Shown here piece after piece: positions 45,318-55,773 of a stretch of DNA of 64,000 nucleotides. Made by a program: the position numbers and the translations under genes. This stretch comes from Flavobacteriaceae bacterium (GTDB lineage Bacteria; Bacteroidota; Bacteroidia; Flavobacteriales; Flavobacteriaceae). The stretch is taken from positions 7,017 through 71,016 of the forward strand of contig JAKISG010000010.1 of the NCBI GenBank assembly GCA_021648755.1. Direction: 5' to 3'. Every line of letters starts with the position of its first letter. Positions within the stretch are counted from its first letter, which is position 1. The notes under the pieces are model-generated. The model was given only the letters and a program-made list of their open reading frames with translations. It searched no databases and was not told where the DNA came from.

Positions 45318-45851
45318 ATGAAGAATAATAAAGAGTATGTTATACTTTTTAAAGGACTAAAAATAGGGATCCATCAATTTGAATATAAAATAAATAAAAA
45401 GTTCTTTGATTCCTTTACATACAGTGACTTTATTGATACAAATGTAAAAGTTCATTTAGAGTTAATAAAAAAAAACACATTATTAGAACTGTTTTTTAAA
45501 CTTGAAGGAACAGTTCGTGTTAATTGTGATGTTTCTGGTGAAGAATATAATCAACCTATATTTGGCAAACTTAATATAATAGTTAAATATGGAAAAAAGT
45601 ATAATAATGATGATGAGGTAATATTAATACTACCATACGGTGAATTTGAATTAGACGTAGCGCAATATATTTATGAAATTATCATACTATCTACACCATC
45701 TAAACGGGTACATCCAGGAGTTATAGATAAAACATTAAAATCTGATATCCTAGACAAACTAGAAGAATTTAAGAGTACAAAAAATAAAAAAGAAAAAACA
45801 GACCCTAGATGGGATCAGTTAAAAAAACTATTAACAGGTAAAAATATATAG
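45318..45851 (+). CDS. DUF177 (YceD-family) protein
   Basis: Conserved position immediately upstream of rpmF. CDVSGE motif. ATG 45318 preferred over the ORF-track start. Confidence 0.8.
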   Translation: MKNNKEYVILFKGLKIGIHQFEYKINKKFFDSFTYSDFIDTNVKVHLELIKKNTLLELFFKLEGTVRVNCDVSGEEYNQPIFGKLNIIVKYGKKYNNDDEVILILPYGEFELDVAQYIYEIIILSTPSKRVHPGVIDKTLKSDILDKLEEFKSTKNKKEKTDPRWDQLKKLLTGKNI

Positions 45852-45853
45852 AA

Positions 45854-46057
45854 ATGGCACATCCTAAAAGAAAAATATCTAAACAAAGAAGAGATAAAAG
45901 AAGAACGCACTATAAGGCAGTACCTTCTCAAATTGCTATTGACCCAACGACAGGTGAGGCACATTTATCGCATAGAGCTCATTGGTTTGAAGGTAAACTT
46001 TATTATCGCGGTCAAGTTGTAATTGATGCTGATTCTGAAGAAGAAAACATCGCATAA
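45854..46057 (+). CDS. rpmF: 50S ribosomal protein L32
   Basis: 67 aa. [19 protein letters not shown] is typical of L32. Confidence 0.93.
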   Translation: MAHPKRKISKQRRDKRRTHYKAVPSQIAIDPTTGEAHLSHRAHWFEGKLYYRGQVVIDADSEEENIA

Positions 46058-46508
46058 TAAAAGAATCGTAGAAAAATAATTGCTTTTAATTTTTTTAGAT
46101 ATTCCCTAGATATTCAAATAAAAAATAGTAGAAGCAAATCAAAATACTAAAGGTATGTGATTAAAAATAGTTGGTAGTTTTCTCCAATAATATTTTTTAT
46201 ATTTCACGAATTAATCCGAAAAGGGTATAGAGCTATCTTTATACAGTAAGAAAAAGGATTGATTTAGTTTAATTAATTACATAAATCTGTTGTTACTTTA
46301 AAATTAGGAAGAATTAATAAAACGATGCCTAACAAAAAACGTAATTGCAATTTTTGTAATATATTACAAATATACTTACGCATATTAAAATCAGACTGCC
46401 AGTAATATGATGAAACCTAAATTGAATAAAAATAGAATTTTTCTGATTTTAATTTCGACCTTATGGCAAGTAAAATTTTAAATAAAAACTAGAAATAAGC
46501 TAAATGTG

Positions 46509-47570
46509 TTAATACTGATAAACAATAGCATTAATATTCATACCAGCACCAACAGAAGCTAAAATAATAGCATCGCCTTTATTAATTTGATGATTTTCTA
46601 ATTTGCCTTTTAAAATTAAATCTAGTAAAGTAGGAACTGTTGCAACCGAACTATTGCCTAATTTATGAATACTCATTGGCATAATATCTTTAGGCATTTC
46701 TTGATTGTAAAGATCATAAAAGCGTTTAATTATTGCTTCATCCATTTTTTCATTGGCTTGGTGAATTAATATTTTTTTTATGTTTTCTATTTGCAGACCA
46801 CTTTTATTAAGTGCAATTTTCATTGCATTTGGTACATTAATAAGTGCAAATTCATAAATTTTTCTTCCATGCATTTTTATAAAACTAATATTTTCATCAA
46901 TTTCAGGATTATACGATTTTCCGAAGTAAAGATAATAGGCTTCCTTTAGAGCAAATGTTTGTGTTGCATGACTTAGAATACCAACATTATTATTAGTGTT
47001 AATTTCTAAAATACAAGCACCTGCACCATCAGCATAAATCATAGAATCACGATCGTATTTATCTACGACTCTAGATAAAGTTTCAGAACCAATAACTAAA
47101 CACTTTTTTGCCATACCTGACTTTATAAAAGCATTGGCTTGTATAACACCTTCAATCCAACCAGGACACCCAAATACAATATCATAAGCAACACAATTAG
47201 GATTTTTAATACCTAAATTATGCTTCACTCTAGAAGCAATACTTGGTAGAAAATCAGATTGATCTTGGTTATAATTAATATTTCCGAAATTTTGACCTAA
47301 AATTATATAATCAATTTCTTCAATATTAATGTTTGCCTGTTCTATTGCTTTTTTTGCAGCAAATGTTGCCATATCACTATTTTTCATTTCAGGTTTTAAA
47401 TACCTTCTTTCTTCAATACCAGTAATGGCTTTAAATTTTTTAATAATGACTTCATTTGAATTTGGAATTTTAGAAAAATTTTCATTGTAAAATTCACTAT
47501 TTAAAAAATTTGTATTTTTTTTTATTAAGTCTGGAATAAAGCTTCCAGTTCCTGTAATAATTGGTTGCAT
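46509..47570 (-). CDS. Beta-ketoacyl-ACP synthase III family protein
   Basis: 353-aa thiolase-fold protein. Active-site Cys context FGCPGW, HQAN and GNSSVATVP motifs. Confidence 0.85.
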   Translation of the reverse strand: MQPIITGTGSFIPDLIKKNTNFLNSEFYNENFSKIPNSNEVIIKKFKAITGIEERRYLKPEMKNSDMATFAAKKAIEQANINIEEIDYIILGQNFGNINYNQDQSDFLPSIASRVKHNLGIKNPNCVAYDIVFGCPGWIEGVIQANAFIKSGMAKKCLVIGSETLSRVVDKYDRDSMIYADGAGACILEINTNNNVGILSHATQTFALKEAYYLYFGKSYNPEIDENISFIKMHGRKIYEFALINVPNAMKIALNKSGLQIENIKKILIHQANEKMDEAIIKRFYDLYNQEMPKDIMPMSIHKLGNSSVATVPTLLDLILKGKLENHQINKGDAIILASVGAGMNINAIVYQY

Positions 47571-47816
47571 AGGTTAGTTTTTAAAGTTCTACCGTTGTTT
47601 TTTTAGCTCATGATGTTCATTTTTTACCACCAGATATTTTAATTTTCTATGATAAACGCCTTAAATAAATATTTAGTAAAAAAATAACTCCTGCTGATGC
47701 AGAAATAATATTTGGATTTACATTACATATTAAATTTTAGAGTTATTTAGATTAACGAAAGTAGTAATAAATTAATATAAAACCTATTTTTAGCAAAAAA
47801 AGATGTTACAGATAAT

Positions 47817-48194
47817 TTATAGTTGTGAAATTTTTAACTGCATTACTGTAGCAATAGATAAAGCTCTAGTTTTTGCTGCATGTGCTAATTCACCTTTAAA
47901 ATTTTCATCTATTGCGTTATTAAAATGATTTAACCAAATTTTAAAATGTCTTGGTAAAAAAGGTTTTTTTAAATGTAATAATAGGTGTGGTTGCATAGCA
48001 TTACGTTTATACGCACCAGAATAGAAAAGCATATTATCCCAAAAATCAACTAGAACTTGTAAATGTTCTTCTAACTCATCTTTTTTAACTATTTCATCAA
48101 AAAAATGCTTTATACCCTTGTCTATTAATAGTTTTTTATAAAATTCAGAAACTAATAAGTATAAATCAACTCTATTTTCAATTTCTTTAATCAT
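47817..48194 (-). CDS. Truncated-hemoglobin-like (group III) globin
   Basis: 125 aa, all-helical, with FYKKLL...HFF...H pattern. Family assignment is from memory. Confidence 0.6.
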   Translation of the reverse strand: MIKEIENRVDLYLLVSEFYKKLLIDKGIKHFFDEIVKKDELEEHLQVLVDFWDNMLFYSGAYKRNAMQPHLLLHLKKPFLPRHFKIWLNHFNNAIDENFKGELAHAAKTRALSIATVMQLKISQL

Positions 48195-48202
48195 ATTAAT
48201 TT

Positions 48203-48688
48203 TTAAAGAAATGTTTTATCAAACCCAAGTGGAAGTAAATTTTTTAAGGAAGGAGATTCAATTATTTTACCGGTTTCTCCCATAAACAGAAGTGTAATGT
48301 CTTTAGTTTGTTTTATTTCATATTCGGCTATTACCTGTCTGCAAGAGCCACAAGGAGCAACAGGTTGATTAACTTTTTGATTATTTGATTTTGCAGAAAT
48401 AACTATTTTTAAAATATCAATATTTGGATATTTTGAAGCAGCATAATATAATGCTACTCTTTCTGCGCATAAACCTGAAGGATAAGCAGCATTTTCTTGA
48501 TTGCTACCTGTAATTACTTTTCCGTTGGCTAATAAAACAACTGTGCCAACTAAAAAATTGGAGTAAGGAGCATATGCTGTATCTCTTATATTAATTGCTT
48601 TTTTAAATAAAATAATATCTCCCTTAGATAATTCACTCAAATCATTATAAACTGTAAAAGAAGTTGTAACGTTTATTTTTTTCATCAA
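48203..48688 (-). CDS. cdd: Cytidine deaminase
   Basis: CAERVAL and PCGSCRQ zinc-binding motifs. Confidence 0.9.
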   Translation of the reverse strand: MMKKINVTTSFTVYNDLSELSKGDIILFKKAINIRDTAYAPYSNFLVGTVVLLANGKVITGSNQENAAYPSGLCAERVALYYAASKYPNIDILKIVISAKSNNQKVNQPVAPCGSCRQVIAEYEIKQTKDITLLFMGETGKIIESPSLKNLLPLGFDKTFL

Positions 48689-48717
48689 AAATTACCTAAG
48701 GTATAAATTTTTTTTAT

Positions 48718-49863
48718 TTAAAATTCTTCAAAGAGGTCTCCAAAATCAAAGGAAATCGAAAAACGTAATGTATTTTCTAATGGATTATTAACATCTGAGG
48801 AATTCAATAAGTAAGAAACGTCAATTTTACTAGATTTAAATTTAAAGCCAGCACCAAGAGTAAAAAACCTTCTTGCACCTTTAGTTTCGCTTTCATTAAA
48901 ATAACCTAATCTAAAAGCAAAAGTTTTATCATATTCATACTCTGCACCCAAAGACCAAGTAAACTCTTCTAATTCTTCGCTAAATCCGTCTGGAGCATCT
49001 CCAAACGATTGAAATATACCTGTGAAGAAATCTACATCATTGTCTTTACCTTCTAAAATACCATCACCATCAATATCTCTTTGTGGTGTTGGTACTAATA
49101 ATTTAGTAAATTCAATACTAGATTTAATAGTACTAAGATCGTCTAAAATAAAATCAAATCCACCGCCTAAACGCATATTTGTTGGTATAAAACTTTGTCG
49201 CCCACCTACTGTTAACTCAACTTTAGGTCCTATATTTGCAATACTCATACCTGCTCTCCAACGACCATTAAAATCACCATAATTTAATTCTTCTGATTGG
49301 TAATATGCACCTAAATCAACTGCAAAAGTATTTATAGTTTGTAAATCAGAGTCATCTATTACTCTTATGGATAAATCAGAGCGTAAATAACGCATAGTTA
49401 CAGCCATAGAGATACCGTCATTTAATTTTAGAGCATAAGAGACGTCAAAAGATAAATCATTTGGGTTTTCAGAACCAGTTGCTAGTCCTGTATTATCGGT
49501 TAGTTCAATAGTGCCTAGTGAGAAATAAGTTAAACTAGCAGCCCAAGCACTACGCTCGTTTAATTTATTTGTAAAAGTAACATTTCCTAAAAAAACATCA
49601 TTAGTTAAATTTCTTAACCAAGGTGTATAATTAACACCAACTGTAAATTGAGATTCTCCAAAAGCAAGTTTTGCAGCATTGTGATGTTGTGAATACGCAT
49701 CTGGTGATGTGGCAACACCCATATCACCGAGACCTCCTGATCTAGCATCTGGTGAAATTAATTCAAAAGGAATTGCTGTTGTTAGTGTACTAACTTGTGC
49801 TGTAATATTATTTTGAACTAGTAAAATAATAGCAAATAATACTTTATAAAATATTTTTTTCAT
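48718..49863 (-). CDS. porV: Type IX secretion system outer-membrane shuttle protein PorV (LptO)
   Basis: 381-aa beta-barrel with the conserved N-terminus AIPFELISPDARSGGLGDMGVATS. Located immediately downstream of porU. Confidence 0.88.
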   Translation of the reverse strand: MKKIFYKVLFAIILLVQNNITAQVSTLTTAIPFELISPDARSGGLGDMGVATSPDAYSQHHNAAKLAFGESQFTVGVNYTPWLRNLTNDVFLGNVTFTNKLNERSAWAASLTYFSLGTIELTDNTGLATGSENPNDLSFDVSYALKLNDGISMAVTMRYLRSDLSIRVIDDSDLQTINTFAVDLGAYYQSEELNYGDFNGRWRAGMSIANIGPKVELTVGGRQSFIPTNMRLGGGFDFILDDLSTIKSSIEFTKLLVPTPQRDIDGDGILEGKDNDVDFFTGIFQSFGDAPDGFSEELEEFTWSLGAEYEYDKTFAFRLGYFNESETKGARRFFTLGAGFKFKSSKIDVSYLLNSSDVNNPLENTLRFSISFDFGDLFEEF

Positions 49864-49929
49864 TTATAAGGGTTTTTTCTATTTATGATATTCATTTATT
49901 TTTCTATTAAGGTTACAAAGTTAAAAAAA

Positions 49930-52900
49930 TTATTGTAGTATGACTAATTTTTCAAATTTTTCTGACTGTAGTCCGTTTGAAAGAACTTTTACATTTAATT
50001 TATAGATATAGACACCTTTGCCTATTTTATTACCAAAATCATCTAGACCATTCCAAACAATAGATCTAGAGTGTGTGCCATTGTTTAGTACAGTCTGGTT
50101 TAAGGTCTTAATTAATCTGCCTGAAACTGTAAAAATTTGCACCTGTGCTTCTAAGGTTTCACTAGGTTTGTTATGATTAAACCAAAACTCAGTATAATTT
50201 ATAAATGGGTTAGGATAATTTAAAACATTGTCTAGAACTAAATCATTATCACTAACAACCACAAAGTTTAACGTTGCTTCTGATGAATTATTGTACGTGT
50301 CCCAAGATTTAAATGTAATGGTATGTAAGCCTACTTCTAAATTTCTAAAGGGAAATTTTACTTTACCTTTTCTAAAGTCATTTAATTCAGTTTCATAAAA
50401 ATCATTCATAATAATAGGATTTGTTGCATCACCATCTAAAATTGCAATAATATCATGATCTACTGCTGTTAATGAGGTGTTTATACCAGATTCATCTTCT
50501 AAAACAGCTAAAAATAAAGGGGATTCATTGGTGTTACCTCCATCTACAAATGATTCATCATTCATAAATAATTTTATGGTTGGTCCGATAGTATCTTCTG
50601 GAGCATCTTCATTTATACCACCAATAATAATAGACGTATTATAGCCTGATTTATCTATGATTTGGTTGTCAGAATAAAAACTAAGTTTAGCATTTCCGTA
50701 TGCAATCCTAATATCTCTTGGCGCAATAAAATCAAATTTCCATTCGCCATTAATTACAGAAGCTCTACCATTAAATATTTTACTTTCTCTGCTATCAAAT
50801 ACCATTGTATTTGGGCTACCAGTATAATTATCGTTATTTAATGTTTCTCTGTCTGTTGATTTGTCATAAATAGTTACAAAAAGTTCCCCGTTAAAATCTG
50901 GAATTAAATGGTTGTTATTATCGGTTATAATTCCTTTAAAATAAACATGAGATAATGCTTTTATAGTGTCTAACTGTTGATCTATAGGTGTATCGTTCAT
51001 TTCGGTAATCCTTACACTTGGCTTTGCAATAGGTAATTTCATTGCAGGGTCTCCAAAAAAGTAAATAAAAAACCGTTGTCTAAAATCAGTATTTTGATTT
51101 TTAGTTTTCATTAAACTCTCCGCAATTGTTAAATTATCGTTAGTATCAAATTCTAATAAATTATTAATTAAACCAACATTAAACCTTCCACCAGAATTGA
51201 TATACACAGCGCGAGTTGTTGTTAACATATTTACAGAACCACCATTTGCATTTGAAAATAAGAATTCACCTGCAGTATTTCTATTTGGATTATCTAATCT
51301 TGAAAATTCACAAGTAACCGTTATAAAGAGAGGTAATGTTTCTTTATTATGCCAGTTTTGTACTTGTGGTACATCTAAAATACGTTCGCTTGCCCAGCCA
51401 TTCTCACCACCATGTCCAAAATAATTTAGAATAAGAGAACCTCTCTCAATGGCATTAGTTATAGCCTCTTTTACGGTAGGGTACCGTTCACCACCCGCAT
51501 TAATCTCTTGCACAAATGCATCTGCATATATTTTCGTTATATTATAAACAGGCTTATTATCTTTAATATTATCTGCTATTAACTCTGTATTTTCTTGTAA
51601 GTCAAAATTATAACTCTCGTTATCTAAATCATCGGCGACTAAAGAAATATGACTTCTCCATTTACCAAATGCTTCTTTTTGATAATAAGATAATGTTCTA
51701 TCGATTGCAGATTTTGCTTCTATACTATTTTTAACAGGCATTCTCCCTGTTGCAACATCTTTCATATCATTTATTAAATTTGCATTTCTAGAAAAAAAAC
51801 CTTCATTATCATCCATCATACCAAAAAAATCGTCGGTTACAAATGATTCGGCTAAATCAAGACTATTAACCGACTGAAATGCAACTATATCTATAGGGCC
51901 ATTATTTTCTTCAATATTTTTAAAATCAAAAGAAGTATCACCAAACAACAATACATACTTTATTCTTTTTTCTGTTGTCGAAGCGTTTAGGTATAAATGC
52001 CTTATAAAATCTCTAATTGCAGTCACATCTTTTGCTCCTGAACTAAATTCATTATAAATTTTTTCAGGATTAAGAATCAAAGTAGTAAAACCAGAATTTT
52101 GTTTGTGATAATCTGCTAATCGTTGTGCTTCACTTCTCAACTCATCAGTTGTTATAATTAAATAATCAATATCTTTAATAGCATGTAGATTCTGATTTTC
52201 AACGAGCCTATTTTGAATTATTTCAGGCTCGTAATAATCATTTTCATTTAAAATAAGATACTCATTTAAAATACCTCCAGATGTTTTAAAACTAAAATCA
52301 TTTCCTGTAGATTGGTTGCTTACTTGACTTACATTTATTTTGTCAGTTACATTCCAAATTTGAAAAATATTGGAACTATTTTGAATTTGATATGCAACAA
52401 CACCTGTTTGGCTTGCTGCCTGATAGTTTCTAAAAGAAAATTGTTTGTCTCTAGCAATTAAATTTTTAACACCATTAACCTCAATATAATCTAAATAAGC
52501 TCTAGTTGACGGGTTATTATTACTATCATAGACAACTTCAATATTTAAAGATTCATTTGTTGCAGTAAAATTAGCATTTCCAGTATTTGTCTTACCAACC
52601 TGAGTGCTTGGATTTGGGTTAGAGATAAAATAACTAAAAAGATTTTGACCTTCTATATTTAATGTAAAATTACAACTAGCAGTAGCGCCGCTTTTCATTT
52701 TAATATTAATAGGTTTAGTAAGGTCTAAATCTGTAAAATTAAAAGTAAAAACTTGGGTATTTTCTATCTGAAAACTTTCGCCATAAAATTCTTGTCCAAA
52801 ACTATCAAAGTTAAGTACATCTTTTTCGTGCAACATCGTATCATTAAAAGTAGTAACAGTTAAATCAGGTGTAGTATTGATACTGGCTTGTGTTTGAATC

Positions 52901-53769
52901 CTTTTGCCTAAATCATCTGCAACAGTAATATAATAATAAGCTTTATCACTATAAATATTAGTTTGATGTGTTGCTAAATTGTTATTTATATCATGTTTCC
53001 AAATATCTGGACCTTGCGCATAAAATAAAATATAATCATTACTATCAAAACTCCCATCCTCTTCACCACTAAAATAAATAGCATTTTCTTGAATATCATC
53101 ATACCTAAAATCACTATTTAATTCATTTAGCATAGCGCCACCGTTGCCGTAAATTTTAATATTTTTAGGGTTAACACCAGTATTTAAACCTAAACTCCTA
53201 ATAAAAGAACGGCTTAACTTATAAACACCAGTTGTATCAACTGCAAATTTATACCAATTACCAAAAGAAAAAGGAGAGTCATGAACGGTAGAAAATGATT
53301 TTGTTTTTGTTTTTGGAGTTAATTGATATTCTATTTCAAAAGATTCTATTTTTTTAAGAATACCATCTGACAATAGTAAAGGTGTGATATTTAATACTGC
53401 AAAAGACTCATTTCTTGTGTTTTTTATTTCAAAACTACTTTTTAATTTGGTAGGAAAATGTTGCTGACTTTCTTTATGAAATGTTTTTTTTGAAGCCGTT
53501 TTGTACACTATATTTTTAACTTTAAAAGACATCACTTTTAAATTACTATTTACTTTCCAAGAACTGCTATAAGTAGGTAAAAAATAATGATCAAAAGAAC
53601 CACCTTCTACTGTTGGTATGATAGTCGAAGTGTTACTTTTAGTAGAAATTACAGCAAATTCAGTTTTATCTTTCCAATGTAATTGAAAACTTTTTGATTT
53701 TTTTTGCCCGTAATTATTTAATACAATTAATCCTATTAATATAAAGGATAGATAAATTTTGTTTTGCAT
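49930..53769 (-). CDS. porU: Type IX secretion system sortase PorU (C25-peptidase-like)
   Basis: 1279 aa with a signal peptide. Size and porU-porV pairing divergent from gldJ are typical of Flavobacteriia. C-terminal T9SS-type sorting-domain-like end (…VYIYKLNV…KLVILQ). Confidence 0.85.
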   Translation of the reverse strand: MQNKIYLSFILIGLIVLNNYGQKKSKSFQLHWKDKTEFAVISTKSNTSTIIPTVEGGSFDHYFLPTYSSSWKVNSNLKVMSFKVKNIVYKTASKKTFHKESQQHFPTKLKSSFEIKNTRNESFAVLNITPLLLSDGILKKIESFEIEYQLTPKTKTKSFSTVHDSPFSFGNWYKFAVDTTGVYKLSRSFIRSLGLNTGVNPKNIKIYGNGGAMLNELNSDFRYDDIQENAIYFSGEEDGSFDSNDYILFYAQGPDIWKHDINNNLATHQTNIYSDKAYYYITVADDLGKRIQTQASINTTPDLTVTTFNDTMLHEKDVLNFDSFGQEFYGESFQIENTQVFTFNFTDLDLTKPINIKMKSGATASCNFTLNIEGQNLFSYFISNPNPSTQVGKTNTGNANFTATNESLNIEVVYDSNNNPSTRAYLDYIEVNGVKNLIARDKQFSFRNYQAASQTGVVAYQIQNSSNIFQIWNVTDKINVSQVSNQSTGNDFSFKTSGGILNEYLILNENDYYEPEIIQNRLVENQNLHAIKDIDYLIITTDELRSEAQRLADYHKQNSGFTTLILNPEKIYNEFSSGAKDVTAIRDFIRHLYLNASTTEKRIKYVLLFGDTSFDFKNIEENNGPIDIVAFQSVNSLDLAESFVTDDFFGMMDDNEGFFSRNANLINDMKDVATGRMPVKNSIEAKSAIDRTLSYYQKEAFGKWRSHISLVADDLDNESYNFDLQENTELIADNIKDNKPVYNITKIYADAFVQEINAGGERYPTVKEAITNAIERGSLILNYFGHGGENGWASERILDVPQVQNWHNKETLPLFITVTCEFSRLDNPNRNTAGEFLFSNANGGSVNMLTTTRAVYINSGGRFNVGLINNLLEFDTNDNLTIAESLMKTKNQNTDFRQRFFIYFFGDPAMKLPIAKPSVRITEMNDTPIDQQLDTIKALSHVYFKGIITDNNNHLIPDFNGELFVTIYDKSTDRETLNNDNYTGSPNTMVFDSRESKIFNGRASVINGEWKFDFIAPRDIRIAYGNAKLSFYSDNQIIDKSGYNTSIIIGGINEDAPEDTIGPTIKLFMNDESFVDGGNTNESPLFLAVLEDESGINTSLTAVDHDIIAILDGDATNPIIMNDFYETELNDFRKGKVKFPFRNLEVGLHTITFKSWDTYNNSSEATLNFVVVSDNDLVLDNVLNYPNPFINYTEFWFNHNKPSETLEAQVQIFTVSGRLIKTLNQTVLNNGTHSRSIVWNGLDDFGNKIGKGVYIYKLNVKVLSNGLQSEKFEKLVILQ

Positions 53770-53958
53770 ACTTTAAATAAACGTATTTTTAATTTGATTA
53801 TTTTATTTTTTATGTAAAATTATAATAAAGAATAAATACAAACGTTATTTAGCAACGATATTTAAGGTTGTTGTAAATTTAATATATAAATTACTTGTGT
53901 GAAAACATTATTATTGTAAATTGCGACACTTTTTAGAATATATAAAATAAAAAAAAGT

Positions 53959-55677
53959 ATGATAAATATGAAATTAAACAAGGGTATAAAATTTTTATTT
54001 TTGACGTTAATAATTATTTCATTAGCGAACTGTGGGGGTAAAAATAGAGGCACATCAAATTTAACGGGTTGGAAATTTAGTGATTATGATGGTGGAGCAG
54101 GTGCCAATTACAAAGGGCAAACAACACCTCTAGGAATGGTGCTTATAGAAGGTGGCGCTTTTACAATGGGGCATGTTCAAGATGATGTAATGTTTGACTG
54201 GAATACGACACCTGTTAAAATGCAAGTACGCTCATTTTATATAGATGAAGCGGAAGTAACAAACAGAGAGTATAGATTATTTTTACAATGGATGGAACAA
54301 ACCTACCCACCAAACAATGATAATTATAGAAACATCTACACTTCGGTTTTGCCAGACACTTTGGTTTGGCGTAATACTTTAGGTGATGCAGAATTGTTGA
54401 CAGAAACTTATTTACGCCACCCTTCTTATAACCAATATCCAGTTGTAGGTGTTTCTTGGGTGCAAGCAGTAGAATATTGTAAGTGGAGAACCAATATGGT
54501 TAATGAAAAAATATTGATGGATAAAGGTATTTTAAATCCGTTACACGAAATAGATAGTTTAAAAATAGAAGGTAAAAATCGTTTTGACACAGATGTTTAT
54601 TTGTCTGACCCAAACTTATTATTTGATGGTGATTCTACTATTTATAAAAGAGGACTGCCAGATTTAAAAGCAAAATCGAAAGGATCAAGAGGTAGAGGAA
54701 GTAGAGGTTCAAGGTCAAGAGGTAGTCGAGGGTCAAAAGGAGGATTTACAGGTAGACATGTAAAAGTTGCTGATGGTATTTTAACCCAAAAATTTAGACT
54801 ACCTTCTGAAGTTGAATGGGAATTTGCAGCAAAAGCTTTAGTAGAAAATAGAGAGTATAATACTTTACAAGGAAGAAAAAAATTCTCTTGGAATGGTAAA
54901 TACACCAGAAGTAAATCAAAAAGAACTAAAGGTGATCAGCAAGCAAACTTTAAATACGGTAAAGGGAACTATAGTGGTTTACCAGGTTGGAGTGATGACG
55001 GTGCCGATATTACAAATGCTATAAAATCATACAAACCAAACGCTCTTGGATTATATGATATGACTGGTAATGTGGCAGAATGGGTTTCAGACGTATATAG
55101 ACCAATAGTTGACAATGACGCTAATGACTTTAATTATTATAGAGGTAACTCTTATGAAAAAAAATTAATTGATGAAAATGGTAAAGTTGTAGTTGTTGAT
55201 TATAATTCTGTACAATATGATACTTTAGATAATGGTACCATTAAAGCAAAATTTTTACCAGGAAGTTTGAAATATATTCCGATTACAAAGTCAGATGCTT
55301 TTATGAGAGATAACTATGAGAAATCTTATAATGTAGATAGTAAAGATGGTGATATACAATCAACTAAAAAATTCTATATAGACGAAGAAGAATTAGAAAC
55401 AAAACCTAGAATGTATAATTCGCCTAAAATACCTAGAGAAATAGGAGAAAGTGGTTATAGAAGACAAGAATACGATAAAAAAATTAGAACTACTTTGATT
55501 AGTGATAAGACTAGAGTGTATAAAGGAGGCTCTTGGAAAGATAGATCTTATTGGTTAGACCCTTCTCAACGAAGATATTTACCACAATATATGGCTACTA
55601 ACTATATTGGCTTTAGATGCGCAACAGATAGATTAGGACCAATGACTAATACTAAAAGAAAAGCTTATCATAAATAA
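53959..55677 (+). CDS. gldJ: Gliding motility lipoprotein GldJ (FGE-sulfatase/SUMF1-like fold)
   Basis: Lipobox SLANCGG. SUMF1-like motifs (EVTNREY, PVVGVSW, NVAEWV, YKGGSW, IGFRCA). Followed by murF, as in Flavobacterium. Confidence 0.88.
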   Translation: MINMKLNKGIKFLFLTLIIISLANCGGKNRGTSNLTGWKFSDYDGGAGANYKGQTTPLGMVLIEGGAFTMGHVQDDVMFDWNTTPVKMQVRSFYIDEAEVTNREYRLFLQWMEQTYPPNNDNYRNIYTSVLPDTLVWRNTLGDAELLTETYLRHPSYNQYPVVGVSWVQAVEYCKWRTNMVNEKILMDKGILNPLHEIDSLKIEGKNRFDTDVYLSDPNLLFDGDSTIYKRGLPDLKAKSKGSRGRGSRGSRSRGSRGSKGGFTGRHVKVADGILTQKFRLPSEVEWEFAAKALVENREYNTLQGRKKFSWNGKYTRSKSKRTKGDQQANFKYGKGNYSGLPGWSDDGADITNAIKSYKPNALGLYDMTGNVAEWVSDVYRPIVDNDANDFNYYRGNSYEKKLIDENGKVVVVDYNSVQYDTLDNGTIKAKFLPGSLKYIPITKSDAFMRDNYEKSYNVDSKDGDIQSTKKFYIDEEELETKPRMYNSPKIPREIGESGYRRQEYDKKIRTTLISDKTRVYKGGSWKDRSYWLDPSQRRYLPQYMATNYIGFRCATDRLGPMTNTKRKAYHK

Positions 55678-55695
55678 GTAAATTGAAATATATGT

Positions 55696-55723
55696 AAAAA
55701 TCCCGTTTTAACGGGATTTTTTT
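55696..55723 (+). terminator. Rho-independent terminator after gldJ
   Basis: AAAAATCCCGT (55696-55706) pairs with ACGGGATTTTT (55711-55721), followed by a T-run. Confidence 0.8.
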
Positions 55724-55773
55724 ATGGTCTATTTTTTTTTGTTAAATTTAGGATTTATCCCTATTTTTACAAC

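Noticed and set aside
48718-55677. T9SS genes porV/porU/gldJ, considered as the export route for the toxin proteins.
   Set aside because: T9SS cargo needs an N-terminal Sec signal and a C-terminal sorting domain. The DUF4280 protein and both toxin ORFs lack a signal peptide, and the HxH peptidase motif sits within about 12 residues of the C-terminus, leaving no room for a CTD. The adjacency is probably coincidental.
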